A stretch of DNA of 64,000 bases from Podarcis filfolensis (Eukaryota): assembly GCA_964270895.1 (NCBI GenBank), contig OZ185443.1, one strand, 5' to 3'. The notes under the pieces are model-generated. The model saw only the letters and a list, made by a program, of their open reading frames with translations, was not told the DNA's origin and searched no databases. Positions within the stretch are counted from its first letter, which is position 1. Every line of letters starts with the position of its first letter. Made by a program: the position numbers and the translations under genes. Positions 10,169 to 22,255 of this stretch are shown here, one piece after another.

Positions 10169-12892
10169 CTTAACATGAATTGGGATGCATATGGAGACAG
10201 ACAAAGCAATTTCGTCTATTGTGGTTGAAATATTTTTTTGCAAGCATAGCAAGCCTAAAAATAACAGCAGCTGGATCTATGCGTTGGTGAAGCGCTTCCC
10301 CGTACAACCATGGCAATGCACATGCCGAGAAATCGCCATTCTGCTCACAGGTATGGGGAAAACTGAATAAATAAACTGACACATAGGCATAAAATATTTT
10401 CTATGTGTGATTTGCTTTGTTTGCTTCTTGTAGATTTCTCACTCGGTGGGATAACAGAATACTTCAAAGCTGGAGGGAAAATGGCTGTTCTGTTCCTTAG
10501 ATCATCCAACTATCATGGTAAAAAAAAAAATAGTAGCTAATGGACAAATGCCCTGTGTGCATGTTTGTTTGGGTTCTTGTGCAGTAGGTTGTGGCTTCCA
10601 GTGCTACCAAAGGAATATACAAAACTGTCTTATACAGAGTCCATCTAACTGTGTACACTGACTGAAACAAGGACCTTCTGCATGGATGCTCTACCCTTCT
10701 CCCATATTTTGGTGTATGCCCATTCATTTTATATTCATTTCTTTTCCTTTGTGTGCTCCATAAGTCTGGGAACATTGCATGATAGAGATTCCAGATCACA
10801 TAAATATCCTTGATAATGGCAGTGATAATGGCACCCAGTGAGTGTGGTCCTCCTTTTCTCCCTCCATGTGTTTTAACATGGACATAACTTATTTTAAATT
10901 AAGGACACAATGACTCCCTATCTGCAAAAAACTGTTTGAAAGAAAATGAAAAAGGTAAAAATCAACATTTACTAAGTTTATTATTTGCTATCTGGCATTT
11001 CTTTAGACCACTCACTAATTAATAGCTGCCATACAATGAAGGTTGATTAAGTATGAATGGAGTAAAATACCAAATAGCAAAAACATTTGCAACCATTCTG
11101 AATTTGTGCATTTGTGTACTCTGAGCCACATAAACACCAGAATTTGATCTACATACATAAACTTCCCAATTTGTTTCAAGCAGTAAGCCGATTTGCGCAA
11201 TAGATCTTTATTTATGCAGTAAATGGATGCACAGACAAATCAGCTTCACAACACTAATACCGACTTCCCAAATTGCATTCAGAATAGTGTTTCATGCTTT
11301 GTTGGACTATTTTAAAGAAGTCTTCCTAATCTTGGTGCATTGAGTTTATTTTACCGAGAATATTTTATTATTTATTTACTTCATTTATTAAATTTCTATA
11401 CCACCCATCACCCATGGATCACAGTTTGAAAGGCCATAGAATGTTTAATTAGCCAAAGACCTGGAAGAAGAGGAATATCCCCCCCCCCCAGTGCCTAAAG
11501 ATAAAGGTGACAAAGGTGCCAGGTGAGATCTCTAACAGAGTTACTTTCTGATGCTGTCATTATTTTGAAAGCATGGTGTTGACATTCCCTACTCACTCTT
11601 TGCTTCATGCTAATGTGCCTTCATGTGTATAGTAGTACATGTGATTGGGAAGAATCATGCAGGGTTCCTGTTCACATGGGAAGTCTATGTATATGCAGAT
11701 ACAGTATGTGTGGGTATGAACTTTCTACAGATATTCATATGAATTCATAAAGCATGGGATTATATAACCAAGGGTTCAGACAAAACTGAGTGGACATTGA
11801 TGGCCTAAAAGGAGGAACTCATACTAGGCTTGTTGACTCCAATCCAGTGTTTGAGTCTTAAAACAAACAACATTAGAAGCATTGCTTATCAAAAGCAGCA
11901 TTGCTGTTTCACTGTTCTTGTATATGTGTTGCAGGAACCACTCTCATTAAATAGTAGCTACTCATCCTGGGTTATAAAATACCAGGAAATTGAGGGCCAT
12001 CAGCCCCTGAATCCATAACCAGCTCCAAACAACCTGTGTCTCATCCAACTATTTTACTTATTTGCTTGGGCCACTCATTGTTCTTTATCTTTAATTGGAG
12101 TTTGACCAGACAGTGCTCAAAACAGAAGACACTTTCAGAGAGGATTATCCTCTAACAACCATTCAAATGGAGGACTGCTCTCTATAAAGTAGGACACATG
12201 AACATTCTTATTTCATCTCTGTTCCCAAAATTCTGCTCATTTTCTGTCAAAAAGTTATAGCTTCACAGAATGCTTGCTTTTCTTTTCTTTTTTGAACAAT
12301 AAAAAAGAGTCTTGTCTACTGGTTCAAACCATAAAACTTCTAGCAACTAATGGGATTCTACAGGGTTTTACATTATTGGCAATCAGCTCAGAATTCGGTT
12401 CTAGGAAAAAAGAACACTCATAACTCTTTGGTGTAAATATATTTTTATTGTTTTTCTTTTCAGTAATAGTTATTATGGCCTATGGCAGTTACTGATAATT
12501 ATGGCACAGGAATGAGAAATAGCCTACAAACTAAGCAATCCTTCAGTCCTTCGAGGAAAGCTGGCAGAACTTAAACCCTTAAGAAAAAAAGAAAAACACC
12601 TCATTTTTTTAACTATATTTAATCATCTTTCTGTTTTCCTTGTGCTTTGTAGCTCTCCTGTGTTGATCTAAGTAAACATTTTTTTAATGGACTTCTTCAC
12701 CATTCTCTCAATTATTTCATACTTGCTGCAGGGGGAATGGCATTCCTTATTTCAATATCTATTTTCATGTGGCATGGCTCTGTCAGCTTATAAATATTTT
12801 TATTCAAGATTTTCCCCCATGGTGCATTGGTGGTATGAGGCTCAACAAAATCTCCAACTAAATGCATGCAGTTGTGAAAGAACAAGAGAATA

Positions 12893-13000
12893 CTGTGGCC
12901 CTCCAAACGGTTTTCCCCTCCAAATCCCACCAGCACAATCCAGCATAGACAGTAGTCAGGGATGAAGAAGGTGTAGTTCAACAACTTCCTTACCACTTGG
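12893..13000. mobile_element. Degenerate copy of the small hAT MITE seen at 13625-13743
   Basis: tgtggccctcca...cagggatgaagaaggtgtagttcaacaac. Further worn copies lie at about 13110-13190, 25120-25190 and 45705-45760. Confidence 0.5.
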
Positions 13001-13624
13001 TCCTTGGCCTCTCCAGTTAAAAGGATAATGTAGCAAGTAATATGAAAGTCCTCTATCTGAAACCCTGGAGAGACCAGACCAAGGTAGACAACATGGTACC
13101 TTCCCAACATCGTTGGACTACAGCTTCCTTCATCAAGTGGCAATGCAGAACTGTAGTCTACAACATCTGAAAGAAACCCAGTTCGCTACATGTCAAAAAC
13201 AATCAGATTTAGTATAAGGCCACTTCCTATGTGCATTATATAAATTATGCCTCAATCGCCTCCTTAGTTTCCTTACATCACATTACCCTTAATAACTACC
13301 AGCTCTTCCCCTTGTCTAGCTCAGAAACTCTTCATGTTCCCTGCCACCTGGCTACAGCTGGCAGAGATGGGCGATATGACTTTTCCAGTCATGAGTCCCA
13401 TCATTCCTAGCATTCTGGAGGACAGTAAAACCTTTGGAAAGGGTGTGCTTCTGAACTTGCTGCTCTTCTGTCTTGCTGGCACAAGACTGTTTCAATGCAC
13501 AGAACTGTTTCAGTGCTTCATTTTAACTCAGTTGTTTGCTGACTTTAGGGGGTGGTGATCTACTTTTAGACAAAAAGGTAGGGTGTAAGTATTTTTTAAA
13601 ACAATCTTAATTAATCCTTTGCAA

Positions 13625-13743
13625 CAGAGGTGGGGAATCTGTGGCTATCCAAATGTTGTTGGACTGCAACTCCCATCAGCTCCAGCCATGATTGGATTCA
13701 AGGGGCAGCAACTTCTGGGAGGGCCACAGATTCCTCACCTCTG
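13625..13743. mobile_element. hAT MITE with perfect 8-bp TSD
   Basis: TIRs cagaggtggggaatctgtggc / gccacagattcctcacctctg. TSD CTTTGCAA at 13617-13624 and 13744-13751. Confidence 0.92.
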
Positions 13744-14082
13744 CTTTGCAAGGTTATTTACTATCATTTCCCTCTATTTCTCCTTTCACTTACAGGTCCA
13801 TGCCTTCTCTACCAAGTTTATTCCTGTGCCTAGACTTCTAGTCTCTATTTATCAATCCACTTATCCAAGCTAGACTCAATTCCAGTAGTACATAGCATTG
13901 CCTAAACTACCCTCATCACCCTACCTCGTGTATCATTGCCTCCTGCTAATGTCCTTAATTCATTCCACATATTCATTTGCAATTCATAACACTCTTAGTG
14001 TTCTGCTCTCCTGCTGAAATTAGGATTGAAAAAAGTTTCCGATAGCATGCTTTTTTGTCAATGTATGGATGCATGGTTGTAG

Positions 14083-14973
14083 TTGCCACAGGGTTCTGTC
14101 TTGGGCCCAGTCTTATTCAACATCTTTATCAACGACTTGGATGATGGACTCAAGGGCATCCTGATCAAATTGGCAGATGACACCAAACTGGGAGGGGTGG
14201 CTAACACCCCAGAGGACAGGATCACACTTCAAAACGACCTTGACAGATTAGAGAACTGGGCCAAAACAAACAAGATGAATTTTAACAGGGAGAAATGTAA
14301 AGTATTGCACTTGGGCAAAAAAAATGAGAGGCACAAATACAAGATGGGTGACACCTGGCTTGAGAGCAGTACATGTGAAAAGGATCTAGGAGTCTTGGTT
14401 GACCACAAACTTGACATGAGCCAACAGTGTGACGCGGCAGCTAAAAAAGCCAATGCAATTCTGGGCTGCATCAATAGGAGTATAGCATCTAGATCAAGGG
14501 AAGTAATAGTGCCACTGTATTCTGCTCTGGTCAGACCTCACCTGGAGTACTGTGTCCAGTTCTGGGCACCACAGTTCAAGAAGGACACTGACAAACTGGA
14601 ACGTGTCCAGAGGAGGGCAACCAAAATGGTCAAAGGCCTGGAAACGATGCCTTATGAGGAACGGCTAAGGGAGCTGGGCATGTTTAGCCTGGAGAAGAGG
14701 AGGTTAAGGGGTGATATGATAGCCATGTTCAAATATATAAAAGGATGTCACATAGAGGAGGGAGAAAGGTTGTTTTCTGCTGCTCCAGAAAAGCGGACAC
14801 GGAGCAATGGTTCCAAACTACAAGAAAGAAGATTCCACCTAAACATTAGGAAGAACTTCCTGACAGTAAGAGCTGTTCGACAGTGGAATTTGCTGCCATG
14901 GAGTGTGGTGGAGTCTCCTTCTTTGGAGGTCTTTAAGCAGAGGCTTGACAACCATATGTCAGGAGTGCTCTGA
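14083..14973 (+). CDS. CR1 reverse transcriptase ORF fragment
   Basis: Uninterrupted 296 aa: [62 protein letters not shown]. Confidence 0.92.
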   Translation: MPQGSVLGPVLFNIFINDLDDGLKGILIKLADDTKLGGVANTPEDRITLQNDLDRLENWAKTNKMNFNREKCKVLHLGKKNERHKYKMGDTWLESSTCEKDLGVLVDHKLDMSQQCDAAAKKANAILGCINRSIASRSREVIVPLYSALVRPHLEYCVQFWAPQFKKDTDKLERVQRRATKMVKGLETMPYEERLRELGMFSLEKRRLRGDMIAMFKYIKGCHIEEGERLFSAAPEKRTRSNGSKLQERRFHLNIRKNFLTVRAVRQWNLLPWSVVESPSLEVFKQRLDNHMSGVL

Positions 14974-15053
14974 TGGTGTTTCCTGCTTGGCAGAGGGTTG
15001 GACTCGATGGCCCTTGTGGTCTCTTCCAACTCTATGATTCTATGATTCTATGA
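14083..15053 (+). mobile_element. CR1 LINE, 5'-truncated, young
   Basis: CR1 RT C-terminus, short 3' UTR and (ATTCTATG)n octamer tail. Confidence 0.97.
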
Positions 15054-16059
15054 ACAGTTTTGCAGTTGTGCCCACAAGCCCCCCCCCCCCCGAGTTGGTG
15101 GTGAATGTTACATACAACACCTAGCACACTTATCATTGCATAGCAAAACATACAGTGAAATGTGCATGATAATTCTAATGCTTCGGTGGGGGGGGGGGAG
15201 GGAATGAAGTATAGGCAACTTCAGGAGAAAAATTGTGCTTCTGCAATGTTCAGTAATTGCCTCCACTGTTTATGTGACTGATTCATGCCACTGAATAGTA
15301 CCATGTGTCTGCATAGTAAATGAACCAAAACATATGTCACAAAAAGACTTTATAGGGTGAAGAGAAATTCTTAATTTATTCCAAACTGTTTCTCACTGAA
15401 AGCAAAATTTCCTATAATATGACTGACAACATATCTAAATTAGTGACAAAGAAGGAGAAAAACAAGATTGGGAAATCAAAGATAGCTGAAATGATTTGGA
15501 TCATAGTTATCTCTGCATATGCTCTTAACCAAGCAATGGCTTTTATTCTTGAGTTTTTCCTAGTCAATGAAAATAGAAAAAGATTACCTCAGCAGAAAAA
15601 TATTACCGCAGCATAAGACAGACCAGTTTATGTTTTAATTAAGTATTATTATTAATAATAAAGTAAATTTATTATTAATAAATTTATTTTGCCATGGCAC
15701 CTCAAAGCATTTCAAGCAAAATATTTTAGGCAACAAATAAATAAACAAATACATTAAAACCTGCATTTTTTAAAAAATCTAAAAGACAATTTTGTTGAAA
15801 AACTACATTAAAACTCCACACCCATGCAAAAAACAAAAACTCATAGATGCTTAAAAGTCAAATACATGACATGTGGACAGTCCAGGGCTGGCTTGCCCAT
15901 GAGGCAGCAGGATCCAGAAAGGCAGTAGATTTGACCTCTAAGGAATGCTTCACCCACTGCTACTGCTGCTGCCACAATGGCAACAACAGCTGTGGTGCAC
16001 TTCTTGGAGGCTACATCTGCCACTGCCACTGCATCCCCCCTCAATGATACCTCTGCAGT

Positions 16060-16620
16060 AGCTTCTTATACTTGCTTAGTTATTTTACATATTTCTCGTG
16101 CGGCTGTTGTCCAGAATAGTTGGATTTTGGGGCACTCCCACCACATGTGGAGGTATGTGCCTGTGGGGGTGCACCGTCTCCAGCATTTTGGTGAGGTTCC
16201 TGGGTGTATTAGCGCTAGTTTTCTTAGTGTTGTGTACCACCTGTAGGTGAGTTTTAGAGTGAGTTCTTTTCTTTTCATTGATATGGATTTAAAGGGGGGT
16301 TTAGACCACATTCTGGTCCATTGAGTGGGGTTAATCTCATAGCCTATGTCATTCTCCCATTGGTTTTTGATCGCGTTTAGGGGGTTTGTGGGATTTTGGA
16401 GTAGTATTTTGTATATTGTGGATACCATCCCTTTACCGTTTCCCTTAGCTTCTTGGTGAAGAAGAGGTACTTATTGTCTCCTGCATCCTTTTTCCTGATA
16501 TAGATCTTCAATTCCCCATTGTTCCCAATATTCACTCAGCCCTTCTTCCCTGGTGAGGGGCACCATTTTGTGGTTCACCTGAGGTGGCAGAATGTTTTGG
16601 AATGGCCCTGGATCACTCCA
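16060..16620 (-). mobile_element. L1-clade LINE fragment (ORF2 C-terminal zinc-binding region)
   Basis: ORF 16066-16428 contains KLTYRWYTT...CWRRCTPTGTYLHMWWECPKIQLFW, the post-RT Cys/His motif of L1/Tx1 ORF2. Confidence 0.85.
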
Positions 16621-17379
16621 ATATAAATCCACTTCAAATGTGTCAACAACATATCACTGCATACATTTGCAATGAAGCAGCAACCTAGTTGGGGCCCCAC
16701 TATTCTTCTGCAACAGCTCTTTGCAGTATAAAGATGTTGAACAACCATAAAAGAACATAGGATGCACTGCAAACTGTCTTTGAAAAAGGAGGGGGAAAAC
16801 CCTCCAATCAATTGGGGGGAAAATGAAAATGAAAAAAAAAAATGTAGAAAAGGCACCAGTCAGACAGTATACATAGGTGTGTCAGTGGGTGATGGAGTGG
16901 AAGGAAGGAATAAGGGGGGGGAAAGGTAGAGTCACAGTAGGTAAAGAGCATAATGATGGCAGACTCGACACTCAGAGTAGAGGAGGACACTGAGCACAGC
17001 AGGGACAAAGCAAGCAATTGCACTCTAGATACCAAGAGGGGAGCCCTGTGTGGTGCTTAAAAAAATTAAGAGGTTAATGGAATACTGTCAGTTAACAATG
17101 CATACATATTCATGAATGCATGTAAAGTGAAAGCAAAACTGCAATGTTCTGTGTAACAGCACCTGTTAAATAAAACAATATTTGCGTGGGAAGACCCTTT
17201 CTTTTTTGGTGGGGGGGGGGAGAGCAGGAATTTCAGGTTACTATTGCAAAACAAAACCTCAGGAACATAAGTAAACAAATGTGGAAGAGCAACGGAATGA
17301 AAACAAACTGATTCATGATCTCTCCAGTTGCTCACTATTCCCACATTTCAGAACACGGAAGTCAGGCCGTTGATCAACC

Positions 17380-17495
17380 TAGTTCAGCATTGTCTACAGT
17401 AACCAGCAGCTGCTCTCCCGGGTTTCAAAGAGGGATTTCAGCCTTATCTGACAATGCAATGGAAAACCTGGAAACTTCTGTATGCAGAGATTAGG
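17380..17495 (-). mobile_element. Degenerate Squam2-like SINE fragment
   Basis: The reverse complement of ctagttcagcattgtctacagtaaccagcagctgctctcccgggtttca resembles the body of 27841-28035. Confidence 0.45.
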
Positions 17496-17726
17496 AAAGC
17501 CCCCCTCCCACTTTTCCCATGCAACATGCTACATTTTGAGTAAACCCACCTTCTTTCTAGTCATTAGGCCTCTGCCCACTTCTTTTATGTTTTCATTGAA
17601 GACATACGTGCTTTTTTACTATAAATCTTTCCCAAGCCCCATCTTATTTCAGTAGCCTTTACCACATGATGTGCATGCTTGCAGAGATGGAAGAGAAAGT
17701 CACCCTCTCTGAAGTGTGAAACACAG

Positions 17727-18215
17727 ACCACATTCACACTATACTTTTAAAGCAGTATCATGCCCCTTAAAACAGCCGTGGCTTCCTCACAAGAGACCTG
17801 GGAAGTGTAATTTGTTGACAGTGCTGAGAGTTTCCCACACAGAGCTACAGTCAGGGGCAGAGGAAGGGGTGTGTGGAGGGGGCGAGCACTGAGGGGGGGT
17901 GACAAAATGCCCAGCGGCACTCACTGTGGGGCCCGCAGCGTGCCCAAGCCACACGTCTCTCCTGGGAGTGACGCAGTGGCTTGGGCGCCTGCAGGCTCTG
18001 CGCTGCCCCAAATGATCTGCTTGCTGCCTCCCCCCTCAGCTGTAGGGCAACTGAGTGGGAAGAGGCAGGCAGACTCCATGAAGGCCCCAGCTGGCCCCTC
18101 CCCATGGGCAGCAGGGCACATGCAGGGCACATGCACTGCCCCAGGTGTCCGATTGGCTTGCTCCGTGGCTGGCTACAGTTGCAGAGTTCCCTGTGACTGT
18201 TAAACCACTCTGCTG
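17727..18215. mobile_element. Palindromic MITE (host), split by a hAT insertion
   Basis: cattcacactatacttttaaagcagtatca...ctgggaagtgtaatttg resembles 4041-4210 and continues after the insert. Confidence 0.6.
17852..18171. mobile_element. GC-rich non-autonomous hAT element with 8-bp TSD
   Basis: TSD GCTACAGT at 17844-17851 and 18172-18179. Imperfect TIRs caggggcagag / ctccgtggctg. Confidence 0.85.
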
Positions 18216-19639
18216 TACGCAAATACTTGTTTGAGCATGTGCTCAGAGGCATCTTGTTCCTTGATTTTTAGGATTTGTCCCCCTGGCTGAGCCACTGTTT
18301 TGCACCCGACTCTCTGTTGATGGACTAGGTAAAAAAACAAACAATCTGGATCCAGCAAGCCTGAAGCCTGCCCTTCCCTGCTATGAAGTATCAAATATAA
18401 TTGACTGAAACCTAATATACACAACAGTCTTCCATTTTTCTGCACAGCTACAAAAACCAGCACTTCAAAGGTGCTAACTGACCTGAGAAATTCTTCATAT
18501 CTGCATCTTATTTTGCATTACCCCTGTGTGATCTAAGTAAAGGTCAAAGAGTTGGTACATTAACTCAGCAAGACACTCAAAAGACTTAAAAGCAATTGGT
18601 GTCCTGGTTTAAGATGAGGTCTAAAGAAACATATCACAATGAAGCTGTAAACCATAGCTAGGAGATGGTTGAGCTGTTGTGTTTTCACCTCAGTTTCCCT
18701 CCTGAAGAATCATTACAGATGCATAGTTTGTCTTGAATGAATAAAATGTAAGTTTGCTTTTCCATATAATGTCCTTTATTAAAGATTCAAGACTCAAGAG
18801 AGCTGACTGAATGAAACTTAACAACACTATTTTTATTGCTGGCAGCCATTTCTAAGGGGAGAAAGCAGGTTGGGGGTTTAATAGATTTAGAAAAGACATT
18901 CTGTAATTTAGTATACCATTATAAAACCACAAAATGATATGTATTTTTAGATCCTCTCTGGCAATTCCCAAACCACTCCTCCTCCCCTCACTACCCATCC
19001 TTGTTACTATGGGTGCCTCCAGAATGTTGGCATTTTGTGGGAAGGTTCAAGCACATACCAGGAAATTTTGCTTTGTGCAATTAAAGTAGATTAAAGTGCT
19101 CTGTCAGTCTAGTGCAACAAATTCATTTAAAACAAGAAGCTGACTTTTTGTGGTTAGGAAAGTCACAAGGAAATGCATTGAAAAGTGTAGAATGGGTGAA
19201 TGTTTAATAAGAATATGTATGGAAGCAAATTAGGATGAATGTTCATTATTGAAGAGCCTCTCCAGAACCAAATCAGAATGAATGCTCAGTGAAGACTAGA
19301 TATAATCTGTGTAAACTTTGTGCAGGCAAATCAGGATGACTCCTCAATAAATAGGTCATCAGGAAGAGTCTTGTGATTCTAAGACATCCTACTGAAGCAA
19401 AAGAAATATAGTAGAATTATTAGTGGTAGTAGAGAGGAAGGGAATTGTAGCTTACAGAATCACAAATAACAACTTCAGCATTTCTCGAGAAAAGTGCTCA
19501 GGTCAAGAGAACAAAAGTGCAATTACAGTTATTAAATTCCTTTTCAATTGTATTCTTTTCCTATTACCTCTGTGATCCATAAAATAAGTAAAACTTGTCA
19601 AGCTCTGCACTGGAAGCCCTTTGTACCCGCTAGTCGATG

Positions 19640-19980
19640 AGATAAGGTGCATAGCTTTGAGAGTACTTGGGAGAGGGCCCAATGTCTCTGGATTGGCTTG
19701 CCATATATGATCCAGCAGCCCCTACTATTACAGTCCTTTCACATATCTCTGAAAATACTTCTGTTTTCCTTAGTCTTCACTTGAGGTGTGTTTGCTGGAT
19801 TGAGGGCATTAAGTCACATGTTTGATTTTAACCTTTTGGAGCCAATTTTTGTTTTATTGTTTATTGATGGTTTTATTTGTTAAGTTTGTTTTGTTATATT
19901 CTGTTTGACCCTGTAATCCACATTTGAAGGAACTTTGCTTTGAAGGCAGCCTGAAATCATTTAAAACAAATAAATAAATG
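19640..19980 (+). mobile_element. Degenerate L2-like 3' end
   Basis: T-rich 3' UTR-like stretch ending gaaggcagcctgaaatcatttaaaacaaataaataaat. Confidence 0.4.
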
Positions 19981-20483
19981 TCCCATGACGATTATTTATT
20001 TTGTGAACTGCTATTTGGTGCCTTTGGCATGAGACAATTTTTATTGGACAGCAGCTTGGTGAAGCAGGTTTCTCCTCCAGCCTCTTTCTAGATGACTTTC
20101 CAGGCTGAGCATTTGTTAGGTGTAGACTGCAGATAAACCTTGTTAATTGACAACCAGGGGTTGTCTTTTGCTCAGCCAGGACTTCAGCCAGCTGGCCTCA
20201 CCTTTCCTCCAATATTTCTTTTATAGAAGGATCTGAGGCATTTTCAAGTTCCTCACCAGCAGCTGCATCTAACTCTTTTCTACTTAGCGTATCAGGCCAC
20301 CCAGCAGGGAGGAAAAGCCATGTTTCTCCATACCACCACTTACATGCTCCACTATTTGCAAGCATCTTCCTGAGCCTCTACCAGAAAGCCCTCTAGACTG
20401 GGGCCCTGGTTCTGTATTTATATAGGTAGGAAATTCAGAATGCAGTTGGGCAATCTTTCTCACATGCAGTGTGGTATATGTGT

Positions 20484-20580
20484 GATTCCTAGCCAGTCAC
20501 CCCCATCCACACACTGAGTAGACCTAGGCCTGCTTAGCTTCAGAAAGCTGGGGGTTCATGTGGCTTCAGAACGTAGCCTG
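20484..20580 (-). mobile_element. 5S rRNA-derived SINE-like fragment
   Basis: Minus strand gaagctaagcaggcc...tggatggg..gac..ctaggaatc matches the 5S A box and C box. Confidence 0.55.
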
Positions 20581-21667
20581 GGAAGAAGCCATGGATAAGT
20601 ATATATTAGAGTTGATGTCCAATACTTTTTTTGCTCTTTGGCTTCCCATAACACGCTCAACAAACTAGAATGGGAGGATGCATGAAAGGAAGTAGTACAT
20701 GAGAGAACCTGCAAATTGAGCATGTTTACTGACAATCTGGTCTGGGGTGTCCCACTAGGCTGGGATTGGCTCATTGAATATACCAAAAGTTATGCCAAAA
20801 TATAACACAGAAACTAGTGACTGTTTACAGGGAGATCAGTTGGTTTCTCCCAGTGTAAATGGTCATTAAAATGGCTCCTTAACTGCCAGCAATTTAGTTT
20901 ACTCTCCTTTTATCATCACAATTGCAGACCTTTCAAACTGTTTCCTCTGGAACAGCACAGTCTTGGCAGGATGCAAAACTTTCACTTCTTAAGGAAAAAT
21001 ATGCAAAAGCAGGTGATGCTTCCTATTTCCCTCCTCAGATGCAAAGATGATTATACCTACCTAAGGGAGGAAAACCTTCAACATGTGTTTTGCTTCCAGC
21101 ATATTTCTGGTTTTGCACCTTATTAACAACAAACCTGCCAACAGGTGTAACTGTGCATGACTTCATCCGTTGGAGGGAAAGACTTAATGAGTCTTTCCAA
21201 ACTTGCAAATTACAAAGCTGCAATGTGGAGATTAACAAAGTATATTTATTCCTAGCTTGTAAATTTAGAATTCAGTATGATAATGGCCAGGGTTATTGAA
21301 CTCTATCTCAGATTTCTTCAAGACCCTTTGTAGATTAGCTCCTTTGCTTCCCTGAACAGATGCTCATGGAGCATACCCTCCTTAAGTTCCAGAGCCAGGG
21401 ATGCTGCAAGGTGATAGGGAGAAGAGAAATGCACATCTTCATTCTGCACACTTCACACACTTTAGCATTTAACAGAAGAAAACACATACACTGCCCCCCC
21501 AATACGCATACAACACTATAGACCAGATCTGAGAAGAAGCCAAATTGAACATATCACATTCATGGGGCTCAGAACACACTCATAAAATATTTAATTCCAC
21601 AAATACCAGGCCCCCCAAATCCATTCATACAAAGATGTGGACTTCAGTTCTAGGATAATTAAACAGT

Positions 21668-21813
21668 CTTTTATTGCAGTTATATCCCACCTTCTGTGGA
21701 ACTCAAGGCAGCATATCTAGGTTTCTAGGCAGTTTCCCAGCTGGGTTCTTACCAAATCCAGGCCTGCTTAGCGCCCCCAACTGCTGCATCATGTGCCTTC
21801 AAACCATACCCAG
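21668..21813 (-). mobile_element. 5S-derived SINE-like element with L2-type tail
   Basis: Shares tgaag(g/c)cacatga and gctaagcaggcct with 20484-20580, and ends tgccttgagttcc...ggtgggatataa...aataaaa. Confidence 0.5.
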
Positions 21814-22055
21814 TAACTTTTCTAATTAATCCAAAACTCCCAGATTAAAACCACGAACCTTTTGACATAGCTGGCATACAAAGAATAGGGGGCATCCAGA
21901 AGTACAGGTGGCTCAGTGCTCATATATTCTTCCTCCAAGGCATGGAGGGCAACAGTGATGGCAGTGTGTGCAGAAGGAACAGATCTTAGCACCCATCTTA
22001 GCTGTCCCTGACACAGTGCAACACATGTGGGAAATTACACACATGAAGAACATGT

Positions 22056-22255
22056 TACAGGTAGGTAGCCAGCCATGTTGGTCTGCTGTAATTGAAACAA
22101 AATTTTAAAAAAAATCCTCCCAGTAGCACCTTAGAGACCAACTAAGTTTATTTTTGGTATGAACTTTAGTGTGTACGTGTATCTGAAGAAGTGTGCATGC
22201 ACACGAAAGCTCATACCAATAACAAACTTAGTTGGTCTCTAAGGTGCTACTGGAA
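22056..22255. mobile_element. Penelope-like element, inverted pseudo-LTR remnant (continues at 23691-23706)
   Basis: Inverted arms 22120-22176 / 22199-22253 (ccagtagcaccttagagaccaactaagttt / aaacttagttggtctctaaggtgctactgg), plus a hammerhead core. Confidence 0.85.
22179..22216 (+). ncRNA. Minimal type I hammerhead ribozyme (Penelope-type)
   Basis: GTAT-CTGAAGA-A-GTGTGCATGCACAC-GAAA-GC-TC-ATAC: stem I GTAT/ATAC, CUGANGA core, palindromic stem II, GAAA, loopless AGCT stem III, and a UC cleavage site after 22212. Confidence 0.8.

Noticed and set aside
15079-15200. Poly-C and poly-G runs about 100 bp apart (possible hairpin)
   Set aside because: Homopolymer runs are frequent in this window and nothing else pairs.
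17787-18252. Cluster of overlapping GC-rich ORFs
   Set aside because: They lie in a GC-rich non-autonomous hAT element where stops are rare, and no domain is recognisable.
20484-20580. Functional 5S rRNA gene
   Set aside because: Only promoter-box segments match, and the 5' part is not 5S.
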